A DNA stretch of 64,000 nt. It comes from Macrostomum lignano. Lineage: Eukaryota. The notes under the pieces were generated by a model. That model did not search any database and had not been told where the DNA came from. It saw only the letters and a program-made list of their open reading frames with translations. Position 1 is the first letter of the stretch; each line of letters begins with the position of its first letter. A program made the translations under genes and the position numbers. Below, piece by piece: positions 24,912-35,632 of this stretch. The DNA lies in assembly GCA_002269645.1 (NCBI GenBank), contig NIVC01001396.1, forward strand, positions 1-64,000, written 5' to 3'.

Positions 24912-27900
24912 CAACTAATTGTACAGCTCACATCATATATAAACTATTTACAAAGAAGATATATTTACATTAAATCAGTAGCATATTACAGGAAATAATT
25001 TATGTACAACATTACCAGCGAATAGAATATACAGAAAATTTTACATTGTTTTTCAATATTTTTCTCTTCATAAATGATTTTAAACAGGTCTGACATGCAA
25101 AATATGTACAATAGATTTTTACATTGGCAATTTCGCCGCATACAATACAAAAATGCTTTATGTACATTGAATTATGTACAACAAATAGATTTATTCTGAT
25201 AAATTTAACAATACAACAATATACATTGAATCGTCAGTTATAATTAGATTACATTATTTATAGCCATAAGGCCTGCTGCCGGCCCCGTACACACGTTTTG
25301 TCAGGACGCGCTGAAACGTCTTGTCCATGCTAACAGTGTGTATGGTGCAAGACGCCTTGTCACGCCTGAACTGGAACTGCGGCAGCTGCAGAGAGCCGCC
25401 GTGTAGCAGGGTGTTGCGCAGGTCGTCACTGCGTTCCCGTATCTCCGGAGTCAGGCGGATGCCCTTGCATTTCAGGACCTGGCTGTGGACACCAGCCGCA
25501 TCCTCGACAATGTAAGTGTAGAGCTTGGGCCCCCCACTTACAAAGTCGGTCATCCGGCTACCTGCAGGCACCTCATCGGTCCACATTCCGAGGCTCGTGC
25601 CATGGGGCGGCTCCCATTGACCCTCGGAATGCCGGTAAACGACCCTGTGTGGGAGAGAAAAATGAGATAATTAGTTCCACATGCTAACTATTCAATTCTA
25701 AAAGAATTTTTCCAATGCAATACTTACGAGTCGCTGATTAAAGTAACGGTGTCGGTACTCTAGCAGCATAAACTCGCTGCCAATCGGTTCGCAGGCCTTG
25801 ACTTTGAGGTTGGGGTCGGTCAGCCGGGCGAGCCAGTCCTCGTAGCTGGACACAATCTCGGTCGATGTCAGGTCGTCACGCTGACAAAATTTGCCCCAGA
25901 GCCTGTGTTGTGAAAAGAAAAGCTACTGTTAGTAGAAGAAAATCATTTAAAAACAGAATTTATGAATACTTATGAATTCAAAAAGATTTTCGCTACAAAG
26001 CGAAGTCCTGGGTTGGGCTCGACTTTGTCCAGCGTGACGCCCTCCTTGGCGTAAAAATCGGCAATATAGGCCGCCTTATCTTCATCCGACATGCCGGGGG
26101 AGCCGCTCGATTCGGCCTTCAGCTTGAGGAAGGCATTTACATAATCACCGAACAGACCGGTCCGCTTCTCTGTCCAGTAGGCCAGCGCGTGCACCGCCTG
26201 CAGTCGGTAGCCCAACTGGAAGGCCTTTTGCAGCTCAGGCGTTGCCCAGGTGCCTGTCAGCGCCCGCTCCTGGTCTGAGTGGTTGCAGCCGCCGCACTGC
26301 TGCTGCTCCATACAGGTGCGGCAAAGCCCAAAAAAGAGCTTCTTTTGCACCCTGTATGGCAGCAGCGGAATGTGCAGATCTGACGGCGGCAACACAGTCA
26401 CTTTGGCAATGCCAAAGTAGCTGGCCAGCGCGTCAGAGTTGAGCGTCTGCGGCGTCGGATGTTGCACCGGGTGGCCAATCGGGTACGAGTCCTTTGACTG
26501 CACCGTCGGGTACAGAGAGACCTGCAAGTTGAAATAAAGCATTATTTTTCATAAACTGTATTTTTGCAAAATACATTCTACTATATTAGTAGTATCACTA
26601 CTCACCACATCCCGATATTTGAGAGTCTCAGTCTCGCTGGCCACAGCATGCGGGATAAAACACTCTACGCGGCCGCCATAGAGAGCATCTTCCATCTTGA
26701 GTGGAGCGCGCAGATGGGCAGTTGCGGCGATAAAGTCGGCCTGCGATGCCAATACAGTGTCGTATTCATGCTCCCAAATTGTACGAACACTGTAGTTTTG
26801 CCGCTCCAACTCGCGAGTGAACCACTCGGTTTCGTGGCGAATGTGGCTCAGAGGCTGCCGTTTGAGCGGGTGGACGACATCCTGATCGGGCATACACTGC
26901 TCGCAGCCATGGTAGAAACAACCATGAAACTGCAAGACAGTGTTGCTAGTCTCATCAAAGCCGTCCACCTTGCGGCCGAGAATGACCGCCTCGCCGCCAG
27001 TCGAGTCGCAGGTGCGCAGCCGCCCGCCAAATTCGGTGGCATTCAAATAGGCCAGCCACTTGCGCGCCTTGAACGATTGCTGGTCGGCCTGCCGGGCAAT
27101 CACGCCGACCGAGTTGGGCTCCATGAATTTAGTAGTAAACACGGCCATTGCTAAACTGGCAATCGTATTGGCCTGAACAAACGGTTCCAGGCCGTCACAA
27201 ATGTCGCCAATTATCGACCTGTACTTGATGCAGCCCTCGCGAAGCAGGACTGTGTCACTCAAACAATAATCGAGATACTCCCGATTAAAGTTGAACAACT
27301 CGCCCTGTCGCGAGGCCAGCCAAGCACAGATGGAGCCGTAATCGTTGTTCGCTTTGCCGCCATAATATTCAATAGCCGGGTAGGGGCCAACGTAGTTCCA
27401 ATTAGCCGGCTTGTTAAACTCGTGGGGAAACGTCCCCTTGGCCAGCTTTGTGTCAGCGAGCCCTAGCGCTTTGGGGAATTGCGCAAGCGGGATTGGTATA
27501 AAATTTAACGAATCTTTAAATACCAATTTATCCACCATCATGCTCATTAGCCGGCTGCCCTGGAACAGTACTTGGGGCCGCTTCTTGGCCAGGCCGTTGA
27601 GCAGAGCGTCAAGCAGTAGAAACGCATCATAGCCTGATGCATTATGCGCGACAACAATGGCGCCGCCTCGGAATGTGGTGCTCAGCCAGGTGAAAAAAGC
27701 ATTCAGCGAGGCCGGCCCCACAGCCACAAAATCGGCCATTTGGCAGGCGCAGTCTGAGGGGCTGACGCAATTGGAGAATTCCTCCCCCAGATCGCGGCCA
27801 GTCAGACAGTTGGCGGCGCTATGCAGGCCATTGCAGAGGCGGCAAGTCTCGCGCGGAAACGCCCGGCCGGAGCAGGTCTCGCAGCACGTGACGGCAGTCA

Positions 27901-29965
27901 CCAGATGCACGTGATGCTGCTTCTCCTCGTCCGTGTATGTTTCCGTATCGTAGAACACGTACGGCATAGTGGATGCTTTCACTTTGGGAGCCTTGACGAA
28001 GCACAAATGCGAGCCGGCCTCGTCGTACTGTTTACACAGTGGGCACTTGACATGCCCACACTTGTGTTCCGGCTCCTTTTGCCCGACTTTCAGGTCTTCG
28101 CAATACCCGCATTTGGGGCAGACTCGGACAGAGTCACAGCGAGACCTGCCGGCCCGGTTCTTTCGGCGGTGGTTCTCGAAGCACTGCTGATTGTAGCACT
28201 TGAGGCCACAATCAGCGCAGCGCTTGTAGTCACGCTGCAGGCTCTTGCAGTCGGTGCCGGGCACTTTGCATTGAGGGCAGGTGTTGGCACACTTGTGCTC
28301 TCTAGACTTGCAGTCGTACGCCTGCTGGCACCGGTCACAATAGCGGCGGGCACCGAAAAATGGCGGCACTTTGCAAACAGTGTTAAAGTGCTCGCCAATT
28401 AGGTGCAGATTCAGCACTGTGCTGCCAGGCAGGGCATACACACACGTGTTGCCCTCCTCCGCGCCATACACACGAACGCCGAAATCCCGGCCGGGTGACT
28501 GGGCGTTCAGGGCCGCGAGCAGTTGGGGGAGCACGTCAACCCCGAAAGGCCCGTCCTGTGCAATGGTTGATAAATACTAAAACATTTGTATATTAATAAA
28601 AATGCAAATTAAAATGTGCAAGAACATTTTTACTCACCGAATACAATTTGGCGGCAATCTGAAGCTCCCCAGTCAGCTTCGTCTGCAGTGGGGAGTCGGC
28701 CTTGATGGTCCTCCAAGTTTGCTTAGTGATGGCCTTGGCCTCCAGATCGGCAAAGGCCTTGGCCACCACTAGCGCCCGGATAAGGCATCGCTTATCGCTG
28801 TTGGCAATGACGACGTAGTTGCGTCCCCCAATTGAATGGCGTGCCTGGATGTGGCGCTCCGCCGCATCTAGGCTGCCGCAGCCGCCCCGCGGGACCCAGG
28901 CCTTGAGCAAAAACAATTTAAAGTTGTTGCCCAAGACACTGGAGTCCGACTGCAGAACCTTGTTGATATGTTTAAATATCAGCTCTTCAGTGAAGCGGCT
29001 GCGGCGGACGGGCGGCACGTTAACCGTCAACATCATGTTGTCGGCCGTTGGTTTGGCCGAGATGAAATCGTCGGCTTGCAAATCTGAGCAGAGCACAGAA
29101 ATAATGCCCTCAAACGTGGAGCGAATATCGGTAGTATCTGCTGTCGCGGTGAATGTCACTACATATTCGTAGCCTTTTGCCTTAAATTTAGGCAGAGCTT
29201 TCGCCCCGCCAAGGCGCGCAATGAAGCCTGAAAAAAATGGAGGTTTTGAAATTAGAATTGCGAGAGGCGGCGGCGGGTGAATGACTCATGAAATCAACTC
29301 CTTACCATCGCCTTCGACAGTGTCGGGCTGGGGCGGGGGTTGAAATTGAGCCAAATCTGCAATAAAAATGCGCATGGTGACTAAAATTCTGATCGCTTGG
29401 AATTTTAAAAACTGTCAAAAATTTTTGATTGATTGCCTGCAGCAGCAGCAATTTTATCGCCCCACCCCAAGCAACAGAAATCGGTGAGTTGTAAAAACCC
29501 CAACTCGGCACGTTCCGACACGTAGCAACAAAAGAAATGTGGGGTTGATTGACCCCGCTTCGAATTTTAGGCTGTCAAAAATGTTTGATTGATGACCCCT
29601 GATAACACAGATCCTGCCGCAGCAGACATTGTAAAATTTAAAAAAAAACCCTATCAGCACGTGCCTCCATTGTGCCCCCTTGACACCTAGCAACAATACT
29701 GCGCGGCCGCTTTTGGATTTTTAAAGCTGTCATAAATGTCTGATTAATAACCCTCACTGTAGCAGCCAAGTTTTATTGCTGCCAAAACCCCTACTGTCAA
29801 TTGCAGCGGTGATTACATCATCATGCCCAAAAATCGGGGGGTTGATTTTATCACTGCCGCCAGAATACCGACCCGCCCACCCCGCTGAGTCACGTTCGCG
29901 CTGCAGGATTGCTGTTTTTGCTTCTCTCTAGTTCAAGGATTAGTCACATAACCCCTGAAAGGGGA

Positions 29966-30752
29966 TGTCAACTTAAGCACCAGAATGGAGCCCGAAGTTC
30001 AGCTCCGGACCAAACCGACTGCAATCGATAACTTGTCGGCCCAGACGACTAGAATCGCCGAGACATCCCATCCGGCTCCCTTCCTTGGGGTCCCAGGGGA
30101 TAAAGGGGATAAAATGGGGATCTCATGTCAACTTAAGGCTCTGGAATGGAGCCCGAAGTTCAGCTCCGGACCAAACCGACTGCAATCGATAACTTGTCGG
30201 CCCAGACGACTAGAATCGCCGAGACATCCCATCCGGCTCCCTTCCTTGGGGTCCCAGGGGATAAAGGGGATAAAATGGGGATCTCATGTCAACTTAAGGC
30301 TCTGGAATGGAGCCCGAAGTTCAGCTCCGGACCAAACCGACTGCAATCGATAACTTGTCGGCCCAGACGACTAGAATCGCCGAGACATCCCATCCGGCTC
30401 CCTTCCTTGGGGTCCCAGGGGATAAAGGGGATAAAATGGAATCTCATGTCAACTTAAGGCTCTGGAATGGAGCCCGAAGTTCAGCTCCGGACCAAACCGA
30501 CTGCAATCGATAACTTGTCGGCCCAGACGACTAGAATCGCCGAGACATCCCATCCGGCTCCGTCTCTTGCCGAAACTTCCAACACCCCCGGCGGCTCGGA
30601 TGTGTAACTCAAAGTCTCTCCAGGAGTCACCTTCGTAGCTACCGAGAACCTCCTTGACACGAATTCTAGTCGTCTGGGCCGACAAGTTATCGATTGCAGT
30701 CGGTTTTGTCCGGAGCTGAACTTCGGGCTCCATTCTGGTGCTTAAGTTGACA
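29966..30752. mobile_element. Foldback/MITE-like element with ~90-bp inverted arms (TGTCAAC...GTTGACA); the left arm is amplified in four 160-161-bp tandem units
   Basis: Units start at 29966, 30126, 30287 and 30447. 30663-30752 is the reverse complement of the first ~90 bp. No clear TSD. Confidence 0.7.
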
Positions 30753-31584
30753 TACCCTTTTATGACTATCCTCTACAGGCATTATCCGGCTATACTGCTG
30801 CTGGGGATATTCTCTTATTCTCTAAAACTCTGTTATTTCAACAGGCCTGAATTTGAGAAATCCAGTTCCTCCCTTTACTTCAACATCTATGTCAAGAGGA
30901 AATTCAGAAATTTTAAGCCAAAATGAATGCTCAAGATGAAAAGCAGTGGTTTTCAAAGAAAACCCATATTTCAACAAGCGTTAAGTTTGCAAATCACACA
31001 AATGCTAAAGCTGAAAAGCGCACTTATACAACCCTATTTTTCTACTCGTAATTTTAGATTTTGCAAATGCTAGAGATGAAAATAATTGAGGCTAAATAAT
31101 AAAAAGCAGTTTTTTCAGAGAGTCCTATTATTTCAATAAGCTGAATTTAGAGTTTGCAAAGCAACTCTGAATGCGAAGGGTGAAAAGCAGTTTTACAGTG
31201 GGGCCTCCTATTATTTCAATAAGCCTTATTTTGAGTTTGCGAAGCCAAATGAATGCCAAAGATGAAAAAGCAGTTTTTACAGTGAGGCAGGCCCGATGTG
31301 TTTAATATTCACGTAACCATGATTTTAAATTTCCGCCAAACTACGCTTAACAACGCATTTTTGTTAGAACGAAATCTTTGTTTTAATGGGTTTGTTTTAT
31401 TCGGGAAAATTATTTTGTTAAACCGCTATAAAGAAATTTGTTTATTCACGACCCGCGCACCCCACCTCCCCCTTTTTGAGACTATAAATACAAGCGATTG
31501 CGGGCAATTTCCCCTTTGCCCGCCGTTTCCTCGATTCGGTCAAGAAAAGCAAAACGTGTTGTCTTAGTCACTGGAAAGCAAGAC

Positions 31585-31732
31585 AGGAGAGAAAGCTGTA
31601 AGAGGCCAGAAAAGCCGTAAGAGGCCAAGAAAGCTGTGAGAAGCCAGAAAAGCCGTAAGAGGCCAAGAAAAACTGTAAGAAGCCAGAAAAAGCCGTAAGA
31701 GGCCAGGAAAGCTGTGAGAAGCCAGAAATAGA
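31585..31732. repeat. ~19-21-bp tandem repeat (GAGGCCAGAAAAGCCGTAA)
   Basis: About 7 degenerate units. Confidence 0.75.
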
Positions 31733-32619
31733 CGGTTGACAAGTCGGGCAACTCCTTCCCAGGGAGCCCGCAACTAAATATAGGGAATTAATAGTAGTAA
31801 TAATAATAGTAGTGAGATTCATAACTACATGTAGACCAGTGTTTGCCGCTCGACACTGCTACCAGGGCGACTTGCATAGATTCAAGGAGTCCTTAGATTA
31901 GAATTCTAGACTTGATATTTTCTAAGAAGCAGCAATTGACTAAGCAATTTTATGGAGTAATAACTATTCTAAATTACAACAACTTGATTCTGTAGTGTGA
32001 TTATAAACTAGGAAGTGTATAGCCCTGGTATAACTTGGTGGCATAGTGGAATAAGAATACCATAATAGTAAAGACACCTACAACAACTTGGTGCTTGCGG
32101 TAGGATAATTTCTAGAGAGAGAGTTTAGGCCTGCAACAACTTGGTAACAGCAGTGGGATCTTAACAGACAGAAATACCCCCTGGTACAACAGATAACAGC
32201 CCTATATTATTCAATAATCCCGAATTTGGAGTTTCGTAAAAGATAAAGATGAAAAATAAATTTTTACACAGACTTGCAAGACTCACCTAGCTGTCGTCCC
32301 CTCTTTGCGGCCGGAGGCTGAGGCTGAGACTGCTGTTGTGAGGGGCCTGCTCGCCCCCACAAAGCTGAAATGGCGGCTTCAGCGGCTGGGCGTTTTGATG
32401 CCATGCTTCTGCTGCTGCTGCTGCTGTGCTGGTGCGATTGTGGTTGATGCTGCTGTGTTGCCGCTGTTGCAGGCTGATGCTGTTGAAGCAGTTGATGCTG
32501 CTGTTGTTGCTTTTGTTGCTGCTGCTGCGGTGCTGATGCTGCTGCTGTGTTGCCGCTGTTGCAGGCTGATGCTGTTGCTGGCTACTTCTGCTGATGCGGC
32601 TGCACCAGCACTCACCCGC

Positions 32620-32627
32620 TTTATATA
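32620..32627 (-). promoter_or_regulatory. Candidate TATA box (TATATAAA) for the pPolB transcript
   Basis: TATATAAA on the minus strand ~215 bp upstream of the putative ATG at 32404, followed by a CAG/CAA-rich leader. Confidence 0.45.
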
Positions 32628-32699
32628 CCTCGCGAGAGGGAGGATGGGGTAGGGGCATGAGAAGTGTGCGTGATTTTCTTTCCTGGGTCTATATTTTCT

Positions 32700-33200
32700 A
32701 GATTAGTGTACGATTGTACACTCGGTTCCACATTTGGTATAGAAAAGTTGGGGTCGAAAATACCCCGCCAATTCTTTTCTCATGCGGTATTTTATTGGAT
32801 CTAAGCGGAGCCAGCCAACCGGCACTCTCGCAGGAGTGAAATTGCGACTTCGCCAGAGACAGTCTCTCAAAGAAGAAGACCGCTTCCTCTTGCAGCATGT
32901 CTATTCGACTTGAATTGGATAGAAAACGGTGTTTATCCAGAAAATAATTGGCAGAAGTTGACCAACGTAATGTTTAGGGATGGACCTGGGTTATAGGGAC
33001 AGAGAGTCAGTTATGGCATTTAAGCGGTGGTAAAGAATTGCCTTGGTGAGGCTGGGGTAGGTGTTGTGTTGTTCTTTCCATATTGGCGAACATTAATAGT
33101 CCTGGGTTGAATTTTGAATATGGCTAGAATGTATAGCGAAGAATCGTTGAATTGAAGGGTGACTCAACATGCAGTGTGTGCAACAAAACCGATTCAGTGC
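32700..33200 (-). mobile_element. Possible highly degraded LINE RT remnant inside the Polinton-like element
   Basis: Only faint motif traces (LLMFAN.., GIFDPNFS), broken by stops and frameshifts. Confidence 0.25.
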
Positions 33201-34311
33201 ATCTAAAAGAGGCTGTTGTGAGCTTCAGAACAGAGAATAACGTTTAAAATAGCATCAATGGCATGATTTAGTAATTGAATGCTGAAAACTTTTAGTTTAA
33301 TAGCGACCTGTGTTTTTAGCCCCAATTTTTACAGTGTCTATAGAATATTTCCCCAGCTTCTAGGGCAATATACCAGTACATGCCTATTTGAATGACAAAA
33401 CAGCATTTTTGATGGTTTATTAGCTGAAATTATGATTTCTATTGATAAAATGGCAGATTTCGATCCATAAAGTAAGCATTTTAACGTTAAGAATCGAAAA
33501 ATGAGAAAACTCGTGTTTTTCATTAAAAAGTTTGCATTTCTATTTTTTTACCATTCACCAACTATTTCTGGGCTGAGCTGGGCTGGCTTGTGGACTTCCG
33601 TGTGGGATTCATTCCTGCTTCGAAGCCGTCTCAAGTAAAGTTGAAACGGCATTTGGACAAATTACTCGTAGCTGTTGAAATGATGTTTTCCAGTGATGAA
33701 ATTACTGATTTTGATCAACAAAGTCTAACTTGAAACGGTAAAAATTAAAAAAACTGGAGAAAACTCGCCTTTTATGAAATGTGCTTTTTACGAGCTAGCA
33801 ATTTAGCTTTTAATAAACTTGGACGGAATTCCAACTTGGAGAGGTCAGTGGGTGATTCATTCCTGCTTCGAGAGATCGAACTTTCATAGAGTCTGAAAGT
33901 TTGAAGTGAGAGGGCAGGGGAAGCGATTGGTTCAATTCGATTTGCTATATGGGTCTGCTGACCATTAGAGGGGTGGCTGTTTTCAAACAGTCTTGGGGTT
34001 GAATTTTGAACATGGCCAGAGATAAAGGGTGATTCAACATGCAACAATTAATTCCATAGTGTACACACGCGTCAGTGGCATATTTTGCGGATTAAAGCGC
34101 GACAAGGGGTCTTGTATCATCTGCACTATCAATAGATATATAAAACATTGCTTTCACAGTCTTGATTTAGAGGCCAACTAAATAAATATATACGTATCAA
34201 AGCTCGGCCGGCTTTTTGTGTAAATATATATATACGCCTTTTGAAAACTTATTTGACTCTGGGAGAGGTGACGAGGGCTGAATTCTAGAAGGTGAAGTAT
34301 GGAAGGAGTGG

Positions 34312-34677
34312 GGGGGGCCGTAGCCCAGCGGTAGCGCAGCTGCTCTGGTGTGCCAGCGACCCAGGCTCGATTCCAAGTGCAGTCACATTAATTTGGGGCT
34401 GAATTGGAATCTCGGCTTGGCTCTGCTCGTGCAATTAACGGCCTTGAGAGCCAACCCCCCAAGGCGCAGTGAAGTGTACATGCCTAACGATAAAAATAAA
34501 GTTAAGGCCGCTGTACACTCCTGTGTGAGTGTGTGCCTGCGTACGTATCCGCGCGCTTGTATGCCTGCTCAGGGGAGTCGGCGGAATGGGCAGTAATGCC
34601 TCTCGCCGGTTGTGTGCCAAATGTCGCTTAAAGTGCGCCAGGGTGCACACAACCCCCCTGCCTCTAATAAAAAAGAA
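34312..34677 (+). mobile_element. tRNA-derived SINE (~365 bp) with 13-bp TSD ATGGAAGGAGTGG
   Basis: A-box TAGCCCAGCGG (34321-34331), B-box GGCTCGATTCC (34364-34374), A-rich tail TAATAAAAAAGAA, TSD at 34299-34311 and 34678-34690. A second copy lies at 55713-56095. Confidence 0.88.
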
Positions 34678-34892
34678 ATGGAAGGAGTGGAGATAACAGT
34701 GTGGACAGCGATTTTTGGCTGACTCATGCCTCCTCTCCGCCAATTTTGGGGGATGGGTGGCGGTTTCTGCGTACACTGTTTGCTTTCTGTGGATCAGCAG
34801 ATCATGAAGAGTTAATTCTTGGATGTGCGGCCACACTGCACTTTGCAAATTTTGGGTTGGTGGGCGCTTCTGCATGCTGTTTCAACTATTGA

Positions 34893-35348
34893 AAACTCAT
34901 TTGGTAATAGTAGATGAGATTGTACAGCGCGCGCGTACACCAATTCTCACCTCTGCGCACAACTGTACACACGTAGTAGGGTTTCGAGTTGTACATGTAA
35001 TCTTGGTGCGCGCGCGCGGGCCGTCTGGGGATGACACTGTACATGTAGATTAATGCACATGTATGTACTGCGTACATATACAATTGGGGATAGACATGGA
35101 CATTTGAGATAGATAGGGATTAATGTACATGGGATTAATGTACATATATCCATTTTGAGATAGATAGGGATTAATGCAGTTGTATTAATGTACATATGCA
35201 AGTACATATAGAAATATGCTATGTATACATATATCACGCTTAGGATAGCGTTATCATATACTACTTACTTCATTTTCAGATAGTAGTATAATTTGCGTTT
35301 TTTGCGTCAGAATTCTGAAAATCAACACTTAACGGCGCGATACGTAGT
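34893..35348 (-). repeat. Right terminal inverted repeat (~455 bp)
   Basis: Inverted copy of 24522-24911, with extra internal sequence near 34930-34975 relative to the left TIR. Confidence 0.9.
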
Positions 35349-35354
35349 AACCGC

Positions 35355-35632
35355 TGGCAGCGTGCGAGCCTGGTCGTCTGCCCGTCTGCGCCGCGGCACG
35401 TCAGGTCAGCTGGGATTTCGGCCGGCACAGTCAGCACCTCGGTCTTCAGCGTGTTGACGATCAGACCAACGCTCGATGCCACCTCAACCAGCCTGTCGAT
35501 CTGGCGCTGGGCACCTTCAACGGACGACGACAGGAGGGCGAGGTCGTCGGCGTAGCCAAGCACGCTTAGGCGCTTTTCGCCATGGTGGTGACCGATGCGT
35601 CTGCACAGCAGGAAGCCGTCATTAGCCGAGGG
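35355..35632 (-). mobile_element. RTE-like LINE, 5'-truncated part of the same copy as 24049-24521
   Basis: The minus strand encodes DGFLLCRR...LSVLGYADDLALLSSSVEGAQRQIDRLVEVASSVGLIVNTLKTEVLTVPA...RLARCQR, with the RT YADD motif. Confidence 0.9.

Larger units (their letters stand above)
25254..32404 (-). pseudogene. Protein-primed DNA polymerase B (Polinton-type), spliced and damaged. Exons 32287-32404, 29306-29356, 28638-29227, 26606-28555, 25974-26521, 25728-25902, 25254-25644
   Basis: ExoI YVFYDTETY, ExoII AHNASGYDAF, ExoIII YLDYCLSD, motif A YRDV|VSLYP (formed only by splicing), motif B KIFLNS|LWGKF (formed by splicing), SGGPKLY, Vsr-like insert VDGFDE...LQFHGCFYHGC, and a Cys/His-rich zinc region. 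One donor reads ATAAGT (25968-25973) and most of motif C (YxDTDS) is missing. Exon 1 is assigned by phase match only. Confidence 0.88.
24522..35348 (-). mobile_element. Polinton/Maverick-like TIR element, 10,827 bp, 6-bp TSD AACCGC (24516-24521 and 35349-35354), encoding only an intron-containing pPolB
   Basis: The ends ACTACGTATCGCGCCGTTA... and ...TAACGGCGCGATACGTAGT are inverted copies; an identical AACCGC lies on both flanks; the element interrupts the RT frame of a LINE; it contains a protein-primed PolB gene. Confidence 0.92.

Noticed and set aside
25903-25973. Possible U12-type AT-AC intron
   Set aside because: The 5' end is ATAAGT (not ATATCC) and the 3' end is AG; better explained as a mutated GTAAGT donor.
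29966-30560. Regularly spaced repeats resembling a CRISPR array
   Set aside because: The whole 161-bp unit is repeated with no unique spacers, there are no cas genes, and the context is eukaryotic.
32287-32658. PolyQ/polyA ORFs on both strands
   Set aside because: CAG/CAA-rich tract interpreted as the pPolB 5' leader. The frame that splices in phase starts at ATG 32404 and is too short for the track.
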